Positions 40,008 through 49,773 are shown, counted from the first letter of the stretch. The stretch: 64,000 nt of DNA from Myxococcales bacterium (GCA_029861865.1 JAOTYL010000003.1:234695-298694), one strand, 5' to 3'. Notes: generated by a model not told the origin, from the sequence alone. Numbers and translations are program-made.

Positions 40008-40798
40008 GTTGCAAGCTCGTGCGCCGTCATCTAGGGGCGTTCGTCGATCAAGAGCTCGATCCGGCGACACAGGTGGAGTTCGAGCGGCACTTGGAGACCT
40101 GTGTCGGTTGCCAGGAGCATTTGCTCTTCGAGGCCTCTTTTCGGGAGCAGACGCGTGAGGCGATAAGCGGCGTGAAGGCGCCGGAGCACCTTTGGGAGCG
40201 CACGATAAACCGACTTGACGAGATCGACGAGGCGCGCGAGGACAGCAAGTTGCTCATGCAGGCGGGCCCGATGCGATGGCGTCACGCCTGGCCGATCGCT
40301 GCCGCTGCCGTGGCGCTCTTGGTTCTCGGCGGAGTCGTAGGTTTGCCGCAAAGCGCGAGATATCAAGGTGCGAGCATGCTTCAAGATGTCGTGAACCTTC
40401 ACTCCCAAGGCCTTCCTTCCGACGTGCCGACCGAACAGCCCCAAGAGGTTGCGCGTTACTTCCGAGGCAAGACTCCATTTCCGGTGAGGCCCGCTGAGTT
40501 CGAGGAGCAGGGTATGAAGCTCGTCGGGGCTCGCTACATCAAGTTCGGCGCAAAGCCCGCTGCTGCGCTCTACTATGTCCACGGTGGCCGGCGCGTCACG
40601 CTGTTGGTGTTCCAAGACCCCCGACTCGTCGACTCCGCTCAGCGCACCCATGTGGGTGGGCGTGAGCTTTACTATCACAATGTGGGAAGGCGCGTGGTCA
40701 CCATCCGCCAGCAGGACGGCTTGAACTACGCGTTTTTCGGCGACCTCGAGCGGCCGATACTGTTTCAACTTGCAGCCAACGCCCGCGTCGCCCACTGA
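40004..40798 (+). CDS. zinc-binding (ZAS-type) anti-sigma factor
   Basis: ATGA overlap with the sigma gene. H-x3-C-x2-C motif HLETCVGCQEHL. Single TM helix WPIAAAAVALLVLGGVVGL. Confidence 0.75.
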   Translation: MSCKLVRRHLGAFVDQELDPATQVEFERHLETCVGCQEHLLFEASFREQTREAISGVKAPEHLWERTINRLDEIDEAREDSKLLMQAGPMRWRHAWPIAAAAVALLVLGGVVGLPQSARYQGASMLQDVVNLHSQGLPSDVPTEQPQEVARYFRGKTPFPVRPAEFEEQGMKLVGARYIKFGAKPAAALYYVHGGRRVTLLVFQDPRLVDSAQRTHVGGRELYYHNVGRRVVTIRQQDGLNYAFFGDLERPILFQLAANARVAH

Positions 40799-40909
40799 CG
40801 GGCCCAGCGGAATCGATGTAGCGCGTGCCGCGGGTTTGACAGGGTAACCTCCGGGCACTTATTCTTTTTTTGACACTAGCGGAACTTTGCAAGGTCAGGG
40901 GGGAATGAG

Positions 40910-42931
40910 TTGCAACGCGTTCTGGTGATCGATAGCGAGCGTCAATTTGCCAAGGCTTTGCAGGCCCATCTCGGCGGTTACGAAGTCGAAGTGGAGCTCG
41001 CAGAGGACGGAAAAACCGGTATGGAAGCCGCGAAGAGCCATGCTCCGGACCTCATCGTGTTGGCGGTTGAGCTCAGCGACGACAACGGATATCTGGTCGG
41101 CCGCAAGCTCAAGCGCAGCAAGAAGCTCAAGCATGTGCCCATCATCATTCTGTCAAACGACGAGAACGCTGATAACCTGTTCGAGCAGCACAAGAAGACC
41201 AAGTCGAAGGCCGAGGATTATGTCCGTCGTCCAGCGAGCGTCGAGGAGGTCGCGGCGCGGATGCTGGACCTGGTCCCACTCAAGCCACTTCCGGCGACGA
41301 AGAATGAAATCGAAGGGGAAGCCGAAATGTCCGACGAGAACGAAAGCGATGTGCCAACGAAAGTCGGGGAGCCACCCGAGATCGACGACGAGATCGACGC
41401 GTTCGCCGAAAACGCTTTCGACGCTCTAATGATGGGCGGCGGCGGTGCGGAAGCCGCTGTCGAGTCCAACGAACCGGGAACGGGCGAATACGAGGACGTC
41501 GAGCTCGATGACGTGATCATGGTTTCGGACGCACCTCCCTCGGTGAGCTCTGCGCCGCCGTCAGCCCCGCCAGAATCCGTGCGGCCTGAGCGCGAAGATT
41601 CGGGCAGTGGCACCGCGGCAGCCGCCCGCTTGCGGTCAGAGATTTCCGAGCTGAAGGCAAAGCTCGCTGAGTCTTCTGGGGGCGTGTCGAGCCGCCAGTT
41701 CTTGGATCTTCGCGAGACCCTCAACTCGAAAGACAAGGAGATCCTCGAGCTGCGCGACCAGTTGGGGGTGCGCGACAAAGAGATCCTGGAGCTGCGGGAT
41801 CAGTCGATCGCTCTCGAACGCGCTCGCGCGGACTTCAGCGAGAAGATCGCGGGCCTCGAGCGCTCGTTCTCGAAGGCACAAGAGGCGATTGCCAGCCTCA
41901 CGGAAGACAAGGAAGCCGCGAACAAGCGCTTCGAAGATGTGAAGGTCCGGTTCGAGCGCGAGCACGGGAAGGTTCAGGGCCTCGAGCAGGCGCTGGCCCA
42001 AGAACGTGAGGGGCGCGCCGCCGACGTGGCTGCCATGCAGAGCACGCACGATGCCGAGCTTGCAAAGACCCACCTTGCACACGACGAGGCGATCACGCTC
42101 GTCAGGGCCGAGTCGGCCGCGGCGATTGCCAAGGCCCAAGAGGACAGCGAAGCGGCGCTTCAAGCCGCAGCCAACGAAAAGGAAACCGCGGTTGCGGCGC
42201 TCAGGTCCGAGCTTGCAGACGAGCGCTCGGCGGCGCTGGCCCAGGCCTCTGCGGAGGCGGAGGCCGCCAAGCAGGCGTCCCTCGCGGCGCTCCGAGAGGA
42301 TCTCGAAACCGGAGCTGCAGCCCAGGTTGCCGAGATCGAAGCCGCCTGGAAACGCATGCTGGCAGAACGCGAAGCAGCGCTCGAAGGCGAAAAGCTGCTG
42401 GAGCTCGAAACTCTCGAGGGCGAGCACTCGAAGCAGCTCGCAACGCTCGGTCGCAAGCTCGCGGATACCGAGACCGAGCTCTCTGGGGCGAGGGAGCGAG
42501 AGCAGCTGAACGCCGAGCGCAACGCCGAGCTCGAAGCGAAGCTCACCGAGGCTGAAGGGACGCTGACCACCACGAGCGCTCAGCTCGCCGAAATACGAGA
42601 GACCCACGATCGCGTCCAGGCCGACCTCGGCCAAATCACGGCCGCTCGAGATGCGCTTCAGCAGGAGGTCGATTCCAGCCTCGGGCGTCTGGCGGTGCTC
42701 GAGAGCGACAAGCGAGACCTCGAGTCTCGGGTCGGCTCGCTCGAGGCCGTTAAGAACCAACTGGAATCAAAGCTCTCGGACGCCGTGCAGAAGATCGCGA
42801 CAGACGAGGCTCTGCTCGAACGTGTGCGCAAGGCGATGGCGATCGGCCTCACCTTGCTCGAGGAGCAACGCAACAACGTCATCGGCGGCGCTACTTCCGA
42901 GACCGAAGGCGTTTCCGAGGACGCAGAGTAG
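40910..42931 (+). CDS. FrzS-like protein: pseudo-receiver domain plus long coiled coil
   Basis: The N-terminal CheY-like fold VLVIDSE...APDLIVLAVELSDDNGYLVGRKLKRSKKLKHVPIIILS...AEDYVRRP resembles the Myxococcus FrzS receiver, with Ala at the phospho-acceptor position. About 450 aa of heptad-rich Ala/Glu/Leu sequence follow. TTG start. Confidence 0.7.
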   Translation: MQRVLVIDSERQFAKALQAHLGGYEVEVELAEDGKTGMEAAKSHAPDLIVLAVELSDDNGYLVGRKLKRSKKLKHVPIIILSNDENADNLFEQHKKTKSKAEDYVRRPASVEEVAARMLDLVPLKPLPATKNEIEGEAEMSDENESDVPTKVGEPPEIDDEIDAFAENAFDALMMGGGGAEAAVESNEPGTGEYEDVELDDVIMVSDAPPSVSSAPPSAPPESVRPEREDSGSGTAAAARLRSEISELKAKLAESSGGVSSRQFLDLRETLNSKDKEILELRDQLGVRDKEILELRDQSIALERARADFSEKIAGLERSFSKAQEAIASLTEDKEAANKRFEDVKVRFEREHGKVQGLEQALAQEREGRAADVAAMQSTHDAELAKTHLAHDEAITLVRAESAAAIAKAQEDSEAALQAAANEKETAVAALRSELADERSAALAQASAEAEAAKQASLAALREDLETGAAAQVAEIEAAWKRMLAEREAALEGEKLLELETLEGEHSKQLATLGRKLADTETELSGAREREQLNAERNAELEAKLTEAEGTLTTTSAQLAEIRETHDRVQADLGQITAARDALQQEVDSSLGRLAVLESDKRDLESRVGSLEAVKNQLESKLSDAVQKIATDEALLERVRKAMAIGLTLLEEQRNNVIGGATSETEGVSEDAE

Positions 42932-43892
42932 CGGCCGGGCGCGTCGATGCGAGCCCCGGCGCGACCAGTGCGGGACTCCGCTGCAGCGTGAGACGAACCA
43001 GCTCTCCGAGGTGACGGCGTGCCAATGGCGGTGGCGGCGCGTCGGCGAGCTGATCGAGGAACGCGCCGGCATTGGGCGGTCGGCGAGCCGATTGTGGCTT
43101 CAGCAAAGACTCGATCGCGGAAACGAGCGCGGCGGGGGCCTCTGGCGCCAGCGCTCCGAGAGGCTCGTGCTTGCCTCGTCGCGCACGGTCTAGCGTTTCG
43201 ATGTCGTTTTCGCCGTCGAACGGACGTCGGCCCGCGAGGCACTCGTAGAGTAGGACCCCGAGGGAGAAGAGGTCTGTGCGAGCGTCGCAGTGTCGGCCAA
43301 GTGCGTATTCCGGCGCCATGTAGGGAATCTTTCCTTTGAGCGCCGTGCTTCTAATACTGCCGGGGCGGTTGGTTTCCTTGGCGATGCCGAAGTCGGAAAG
43401 CTTGATCTCGCCCGCTTTGCTCAGCAGGACGTTCGACGGAGACACGTCACGGTGGACGATGCCGGCCGGTTTACCGTCTTCGTCTGCGGTGTGTGCGAAG
43501 TCCAAGGCGAAGGCGAGCGCCGTGGCCACGTAAGCGGTGAGCTCGTGGCTGAGTGTCTCGCCGTGCTCGCGAAGGTGAGCCAACACGCGACGAAGGTCGG
43601 TGCCCTCGATCAGCTCCAAGGTCAGGTAGTGGGCGCCCTCCGCGACCCCGAAGTCGAGGACCCGAGCGATGTGCACGTGATGCAGCAACGCCGATAGTCG
43701 CGCCTCACGCAAGAACATCTGGATGAAGTCCGGGTCATCCTGGAACGTCGTGAGGATTCGCTTCAGACATACCCGCTGCTCGAAGCCGGCGGGGCCGCGA
43801 CGAATCGCCAGAAATGCCTCGGCCATCCCGCCGACCCCGAGCCGCCGGACGAGCTCGTACTCACCAAAACGTTCCGGGGTCGTGGGGGCCAT
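42891..43892 (-). CDS. Ser/Thr protein kinase
   Basis: LGVGGMAEAF, HRDVSPSNVLL, DFGIAK and APEYALG. The ORF is open to 43991, so the start is either ATG 43892 or ATG 43991. Its 3' end overlaps the frzS-like 3' end by 41 nt (convergent). Confidence 0.88.
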   Translation of the reverse strand: MAPTTPERFGEYELVRRLGVGGMAEAFLAIRRGPAGFEQRVCLKRILTTFQDDPDFIQMFLREARLSALLHHVHIARVLDFGVAEGAHYLTLELIEGTDLRRVLAHLREHGETLSHELTAYVATALAFALDFAHTADEDGKPAGIVHRDVSPSNVLLSKAGEIKLSDFGIAKETNRPGSIRSTALKGKIPYMAPEYALGRHCDARTDLFSLGVLLYECLAGRRPFDGENDIETLDRARRGKHEPLGALAPEAPAALVSAIESLLKPQSARRPPNAGAFLDQLADAPPPPLARRHLGELVRLTLQRSPALVAPGLASTRPAATLRPRKRLRSRK

Positions 43893-44368
43893 GGAGGAAG
43901 TAAGGTACCACAGCCGCGGTCGACGGCCCGAGGCTTCGATCTGGCCATCGCGACCAGCGGGTACACTCGAAGGAGCGACCGAACCGTTCAATCCCCGTCT
44001 GTAGGTTGGCTTGGCGGCTCGCGCTCGACGACCCGCAGTGCAAGATTGAGTATCTCTCGTCGGTCTTTAGTCGTCGGCGCGACGGGGCGGGTATCAGGCG
44101 AGCAGCCGTCCTTGTGAGGGGTCGTGGCAGCGTCAGGTATGACTCGCATGAGCGGCCCGAGGACGTTGCGATCTCGTCAAAGTGGAAGGCCCCAATCTAG
44201 TCGAGGACGGCCGCGTGTCGATTCGATTCTAAGGTGTGGCCCTTGCCGCTCCCGCTGACTCCGGGCTGCCATGGGCCTGTGGAGCCAACCCGAGCCGACA
44301 AGGCTAAAAGAGTGAATTTGCCCTGTATTTGTGAAATTGGCAAACTCTAGAGATGGGGGATCCTGCAT

Positions 44369-45739
44369 ATGGGGGATAAGGCAGTCAACGCGCATCAAGG
44401 TAATGACACCGTCTCAACCGCAATAGCCAGCGCGGCACCGAGGCACCCGCCTTCGCCTCGCCTTACGCAGCACGCTTTCGGAAAGCTCCAGTCCATGCCG
44501 CTCGACTCGACGGACGCCTATGTCCTGTCCCGGATCGACGGCGTCACGCTCGCTCACGAGATCGTCGATGCATGCGGCCTCGACACCCGGACCGTGACGG
44601 AGGTCCTCAATCGATTGACCGCGATGGGGCTGATCCAGTGGACCGACGAGGCACCGGCATCCGAAGTCTCGGAGCCCTCATCCGATCGACCGGGAGGACG
44701 TGTCTCGGGGACCCGCATCAGCACCAAGCGAAACATCGAGGCAATCCGAGGCGCCACGCCCCAGCTGCTAGAAGGCTTCGAGCGACTGACGCATTATCAG
44801 CTCCTCGGTCTATACTCGGACTGCGCCGACCATGAGATAAAGCTGAGTCATATGCGGGCGCGAAACCTCGAGGAGGGCACCTTGGCTGCCCGCATGGCGG
44901 CCCGGCTCGGCGCGGAGCGCGTTCTCGCCCGTGTGTTCACAGCGTACGAGGTGCTCAGGTCCTCACAGGGCAGGCGAAAGTACGATGAGTACCTCCTTTA
45001 TCGAGAGGAGACGCGCGCCATCGAGGATGCGCTTTCCGAGGGTGTGCGGCGGGCGTCTCTCGTTCCTTCTCGGGCACCGTCATCCACCCCGGTATCGAAG
45101 GGCGGTGTCTCAAAAGAGGACTCGATGGTGCCCCCGCATCTCCCGGCAGAAAGCATCACGGCCGACCACCTTGTCGCGGCGCTCCGAGAGCACGCACCGC
45201 GCGGAGCCCGGCGGAAGCGCGCCGAAGGATTGGTTCGCGACGCCATCGCCGAACGGGAAGCTGATAATCTCGTTGGAGCGACCAATGCTCTCCGCCTAGC
45301 CAATTCGATCCTACCCGACTGCACGGCGCTCGAAGGTGCGCTGGCGACAGTCACACGGGAGATGAACGAGAGCCTCGCTCCGACCCTCCGAGCCCAAGCG
45401 ATGTACGAGGAGAACCTGCAGATGTGGGAGGCGGCTGCGGAGACATGGGAAAAGGTCCTTCTCGGCCAGTCGGACGACGCGCGTGCAGCCCTAGGTGTGG
45501 CCCAAGCGCTCCTCGAAGCCGGGGGTGATCTCAAGCGGGCCCGACGCCGCGCCGAAGAGGCGGTCAAGGCTGCTCCCGAGGACGCGGAGTGTCGGCGCAC
45601 GCTTGCGCGCGTGTATATCGCCGCCGGCATGACGAAGAGCGCGCAGCGTGCCCTCAACATTGCCGACAGCCTCGAACGCCAGGAGAACAACCGCAGAGGT
45701 GTTCTCAGTCGAGTGAGCGCTCGGTGGCGCCGCAGCTAG
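44369..45739 (+). CDS. J-like domain (no HPD) / TPR-like protein
   Basis: THYQLLGLYSDCADHEIK...FTAYEVLRSSQGRRKYDEYL follows the J-domain helix I/IV pattern but has no HPD tripeptide. The C-terminal third has TPR-like helices (ALGVAQALLEAGGDLKRARRRAEEAVKAAPEDAECRRTLARVYIAAG). Confidence 0.55.
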   Translation: MGDKAVNAHQGNDTVSTAIASAAPRHPPSPRLTQHAFGKLQSMPLDSTDAYVLSRIDGVTLAHEIVDACGLDTRTVTEVLNRLTAMGLIQWTDEAPASEVSEPSSDRPGGRVSGTRISTKRNIEAIRGATPQLLEGFERLTHYQLLGLYSDCADHEIKLSHMRARNLEEGTLAARMAARLGAERVLARVFTAYEVLRSSQGRRKYDEYLLYREETRAIEDALSEGVRRASLVPSRAPSSTPVSKGGVSKEDSMVPPHLPAESITADHLVAALREHAPRGARRKRAEGLVRDAIAEREADNLVGATNALRLANSILPDCTALEGALATVTREMNESLAPTLRAQAMYEENLQMWEAAAETWEKVLLGQSDDARAALGVAQALLEAGGDLKRARRRAEEAVKAAPEDAECRRTLARVYIAAGMTKSAQRALNIADSLERQENNRRGVLSRVSARWRRS

Positions 45740-45970
45740 ACGGTCGGGCCGCCAGCGGCATGTTGTAGGGATGAACAGGGCGACGGACCACCCTTGTGCG
45801 GAGTCCATCGCGATCGTCCATCCGTGGCTAGCTTGACCCCGAGCTTCGGAACTTCAACGATTGTGTCGTCGGACCGGGTTCTGAGGAGGCACAACGGATT
45901 GCAGGTACCCGGCGCCGTGGCTGGCGATCCGTCAGCGGTGCGCGTACGCTCGTTTCGGAAGAGAGGAGTG

Positions 45971-46759
45971 ATGAGCACAGCGGAAGCGTCGCCTCAGTCG
46001 GTCAGAGGGGGGCATCTACCTGCCGCGCCCCACGGGCCCATCAAGGAGCTGTTCGACGGCATCTGGTTCGTGCGCGGAGGTGTCAAGATGCCGATGCGCA
46101 TGCCGATCAAGATCGGACGCGCAATGACTGTCGTTCGGGGAGACGACGGTCTGGTGTTGTTCAACAGCATGCGGTTGAGCGAGGAAGGGCTCCGCGAGCT
46201 CGAGGCCCTGGGTGATGTGAAGCACGTGGTGCGCATCGGCGGGTTTCACGGGCGCGATGATGGTTTCTACAAGGACCGATACGGCGCAAAGGTTCATGCC
46301 ATCGAAGGCCAGACCTACTTCCGCGGCATCGACCCGAGAAAGGCGGGGCCGGGACCCTTCTTAGTGCCGGACGAATGGTTGACCGAAGGGAGCGGGCTTC
46401 CTATCGCCGACGCGAAGCTGAAGGTCTTTTCGACGTCCGAGCCGCCCGAGGCACTCTGCCTGATCAAGCGCCACGGGGGCATCCTGATCACAGGCGACAC
46501 GCTTCAGCACGCGCCCAAGCCCGACGAGTTCTACAACTTCCTGGCCAAGATCATGATGAAGCGAATGGGCTTCATGAAGCCCTACAACGTGGGGCCTGGC
46601 TGGCTTCAGTTCGCGCATCCCACGGTTGCCGAAGTCCGCTCCATTCTCAACCTCGAGTTCGAGCACGTGCTTCCGGGCCACGGAGACGCGGTGATCGGCG
46701 GCGCCAAGGAGAAGTACCGGCCTGCGATCGAGGGCGAGCTCAAGGGTTGCCACAGCTGA
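45971..46759 (+). CDS. hypothetical protein, possibly metallo-beta-lactamase-fold-like
   Basis: ATG 45971 preceded by GAGAGGAG. The segments GGFHGRDDG, ILITGDTLQH and VLPGHGDAV are reminiscent of an MBL-type fold, with a degenerate HxHxDH. Confidence 0.45.
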   Translation: MSTAEASPQSVRGGHLPAAPHGPIKELFDGIWFVRGGVKMPMRMPIKIGRAMTVVRGDDGLVLFNSMRLSEEGLRELEALGDVKHVVRIGGFHGRDDGFYKDRYGAKVHAIEGQTYFRGIDPRKAGPGPFLVPDEWLTEGSGLPIADAKLKVFSTSEPPEALCLIKRHGGILITGDTLQHAPKPDEFYNFLAKIMMKRMGFMKPYNVGPGWLQFAHPTVAEVRSILNLEFEHVLPGHGDAVIGGAKEKYRPAIEGELKGCHS

Positions 46760-46804
46760 AACGGAGGCGCCCTAAGAACACAGGCCGCCCACGGGTGCAC
46801 GACC

Positions 46805-47899
46805 TCAACCGAGCGCCTCTTCGAGCGCGCGGAGGCACAGCTCGATGTGACGCGGTGTCGACGATGCACCCATCAGCCCGATTCGCCAGGCCTTTCCGGC
46901 GAATTCGCCAAGACCGCCACCGATTTCGAGGCCGTGTTCGTCGAGCAGTCGGGCCCTGACCTTACGGTCGTCCACGCCCTCGGGGATCTGGGCCAGGGTG
47001 AGAGGAGGGAGCCGAACCGAGGACTCCACTGGAAGCGCGATCCCGATCCCTTCGAGACCTGCCCAGAGCGCTCGGGCGTGGTCCCGGTGCCGCCGGTACC
47101 GCGCGTGCAAACCCTCTTCGAGCACCAGGCGAAGCGATTCGTGAAGGGCGTAGATCATGTTCACCGGCGCAGTGTGATGATAGACGCGCTCGGTGCCGAA
47201 GTAGCGGCCGATGAGGGTGAGGTCGAAGTACCAGCTTTGGACTGGGGTCTTTCGATTCTCGAGCACGCCTTGCGCACGCTCCGAAAATGACACCGGGGAC
47301 AGCCCAGGTGGGCACGACAGGCACTTTTGGGTGCCAGAGTACACCGCATCGATCCCCATGCGATCGATCTCGATCGCGACTCCGCCAAGCGATGTCACAG
47401 CATCGACGACCAACAAGGCGCCGCATGAATCCGCGATGGAACGAAAGGGCGACAAGTCCTGAAGAACGCCGGTCGAGGTTTCGGCGTGAACGAGCGCGAG
47501 CACCTTGAACGCCCCGCCCTTGGCGATACGGGCAACGTCATTTGGATCGATCGCGCGCCCCCAAGGCGCATCGACCACCGTCACCTCGGCGCCACAACGC
47601 CGAGCGACTTCCGCCATGCGTCCACCAAACACCCCATGGCGACAGATCAGAGCCCGGTCTCCCGCTTCGAGCAGATTGACGAAGCAGGTCTCCATCCCCG
47701 CTGACCCCGTTGCAGAGATCGGCAGCGTCAGCGCGTTCTTGGTACCGAACACCTCGCGCAGCATCGACTGCGTGTCGTCGAGCAACGTCAAGAAGTAGGG
47801 GTCGAGATGTCCCACGGTCGGTCTCGCAAGCGCCTCCAACACCCGAGGCGAAACATCCGAGGGGCCAGGCCCCATCAACACGCGTGGAGGTGGTGTCAT
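46805..47899 (-). CDS. class V aminotransferase (serine-pyruvate / alanine-glyoxylate type)
   Basis: MGPGPSDVSPRVLEALARPTVGHLDP and SGTQKCLSCPPG (PLP-Lys region). Confidence 0.85.
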   Translation of the reverse strand: MTPPPRVLMGPGPSDVSPRVLEALARPTVGHLDPYFLTLLDDTQSMLREVFGTKNALTLPISATGSAGMETCFVNLLEAGDRALICRHGVFGGRMAEVARRCGAEVTVVDAPWGRAIDPNDVARIAKGGAFKVLALVHAETSTGVLQDLSPFRSIADSCGALLVVDAVTSLGGVAIEIDRMGIDAVYSGTQKCLSCPPGLSPVSFSERAQGVLENRKTPVQSWYFDLTLIGRYFGTERVYHHTAPVNMIYALHESLRLVLEEGLHARYRRHRDHARALWAGLEGIGIALPVESSVRLPPLTLAQIPEGVDDRKVRARLLDEHGLEIGGGLGEFAGKAWRIGLMGASSTPRHIELCLRALEEALG

Positions 47900-47994
47900 C
47901 CCGCGACAATACCCGAAAGCCAGCCACTGTGTTTGGTCTACTGCGTCAAACGGTGACCCAATGACGAAGCCGCGGCAGGTGTGCCCGGCACCGG

Positions 47995-48954
47995 TCAGAC
48001 CGATCTTTGTCGCTTGAGCGAATCGAGAATAGCGTTCATCTGCTCGATTACCGCATTTGACATCTCTACATAGCGGTGCTCCGGAAAGTGCTCCAGGTTC
48101 ATTCCGATCGTTCCCAGGCTCGCAATGAGATACGGGGCGACGTCATGAGGTTGGCACTCGAGAATGCGGCAGTGGGAGAGCACCTCTTCCGCGACGATGC
48201 GCGTAGGGATTCCGGCCGAAAGGCCGAAACGGAGGAGGTCATAGAAGGGATGCCCCTGGATGGCGGCGCCCGCCCAATCGATTACGAAGAAGCGATATGG
48301 ATTGCCCTTCCTTGCGGCTCTGTCACGAGGCAGGAGGAAGTTTCCGAGCCAGAGATCATTGTGCTCGAGAATGACGAAGGGGCGCCATTCCCCGGTGCTG
48401 AGACGGGACAGTCCTGTTCGAGATCGTTGGCGGATCTCCGCCGAGAATCGACGGTCCTCCGATACCGCCTCTAGCGGGCGAAGGTATGCGCGCGTGAGAT
48501 CGTCGCCGGTAGCTGGCACCCGCGTGTGTTTCGCGATCTTGCGCAACCAGATCCGCACTCGCGCTGCCAGGCCTCTCCTCTCTACGAGACGCATGACGCC
48601 ACGCGGCGCGAGATTCCGCTGCGCTGGCCACAGCACGTAGGTCAGGCCTTGAAAGGTACCATCGGCGAGTGGCTCTAAGATCACGCGTCCAAGATCAGGT
48701 CCTAGCACCTGTCTTGCCGCCATGGCCCTGGACACCGATCGCTCCACCAAGAAAGGGTTCACAGAGTTCGAAACCAGGAGTACCGCAACCAGGTTGCCCT
48801 GCTTATCCTTGATGAAGGATTTCGTGGTGGCGTCTGCGACCTCTTTTCTTGGGTCGTTCGCGATGAACGATGCGGCCATCGTCCCATCGATCTCGACAGA
48901 GCCAGATCTCCGTAGCTCGGTCAGAATGGAATGGTGTAGATCCGCTGGTTCCAT
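47995..48954 (-). CDS. phosphotransferase-family (APH/choline-kinase-like) protein
   Basis: Catalytic loop ILEHNDLWLGNFLL (H-x-D-x4-N) and FFVIDWAGA (metal-binding Asp). Confidence 0.65.
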   Translation of the reverse strand: MEPADLHHSILTELRRSGSVEIDGTMAASFIANDPRKEVADATTKSFIKDKQGNLVAVLLVSNSVNPFLVERSVSRAMAARQVLGPDLGRVILEPLADGTFQGLTYVLWPAQRNLAPRGVMRLVERRGLAARVRIWLRKIAKHTRVPATGDDLTRAYLRPLEAVSEDRRFSAEIRQRSRTGLSRLSTGEWRPFVILEHNDLWLGNFLLPRDRAARKGNPYRFFVIDWAGAAIQGHPFYDLLRFGLSAGIPTRIVAEEVLSHCRILECQPHDVAPYLIASLGTIGMNLEHFPEHRYVEMSNAVIEQMNAILDSLKRQRSV

Positions 48955-49041
48955 GACGCCGCCCGGTTGATCTCAGTTGATCCGGTCTGAGCTTCTGGGT
49001 CAGCGCTAGTGTCGGTGACAGCGCGAGTAAATGGGACCCAC

Positions 49042-49692
49042 CTAGTGCAGGCGGCGGTAGACGCCGACCACCACTCCGAGGATCTGCGTGCTGCGCCAGT
49101 CGTTCTTGGGGATCAGAATTGGCGCCATGTCTTTGTTCGCCGGTTGGAGCCGGATGTGCTCGCGCTCGGGGTAGTAGTACTTGCACGTCGCTTCGTCGCC
49201 GACGAGGGCGATGATGACCTCGCCGCGATTGGCGGTGAGCTGTTTGCGGACGAAGACGAAATCGCCGTCGTAGATCCCCGCTTCGATCATCGAGTCCCCG
49301 GTGACACGTAGCCCGAAGACGTCTCGTTGGCCTCCGATCAACATTCGGTCGATGTGGACGGTGTCGTCGGGCTGTTCGATCGCCTCGCTCAACGCACCTG
49401 CCGCAACACGACCGACGATCGGGATTTCGATGAGATTGTCATTGGCGGCCGGTGGACGGCTGCTCGGTTTACCGTCGGGAGTCTTCATCAGACGCAAGGT
49501 TCGTGACTTCATGTCTTCGCGGGTCAGGTAGCCCTTGCGTTCGAGCGCCCGAAGGTGGTCGTTGACGCCGTTCGTGCTCCGGATACCGAGATGATTACCG
49601 ATTTCACGAAGCGTGGGTGGGTACCCACGGGCGTGAATCGAGTCCGAAATGTACTCAAGAACTGCCTTTTGGCGTTGCGTCAGCTTATGCAT
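49042..49692 (-). CDS. lexA: LexA repressor
   Basis: wHTH LTQRQKAVLEYISDSIHARGYPPTLREIGNHLGIRSTNGVNDHLRALERKGYL. Cleavage site GRVAAGAL. Ser-Lys dyad regions VTGDSM and GDEATCKYY. Confidence 0.93.
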   Translation of the reverse strand: MHKLTQRQKAVLEYISDSIHARGYPPTLREIGNHLGIRSTNGVNDHLRALERKGYLTREDMKSRTLRLMKTPDGKPSSRPPAANDNLIEIPIVGRVAAGALSEAIEQPDDTVHIDRMLIGGQRDVFGLRVTGDSMIEAGIYDGDFVFVRKQLTANRGEVIIALVGDEATCKYYYPEREHIRLQPANKDMAPILIPKNDWRSTQILGVVVGVYRRLH

Positions 49693-49756
49693 GCCTTCCC
49701 CCGCGAGTTGTCACCGATGATTCCCTGGTGTGCCATTCGTCCTGCACAGATGTCCC

Positions 49757-49773
49757 CTGTAAGATTGCTCAGG
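49757..49773. promoter_or_regulatory. candidate LexA operator (SOS box)
   Basis: CTGTAAGATTGCTCAGG lies 65 nt upstream of the lexA start. It matches 15/17 positions of the Myxococcus-type LexA motif CTRHAMRYBYGTTCAGS as I recall it, and resembles CTGT-N8-ACAG. Confidence 0.45.
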
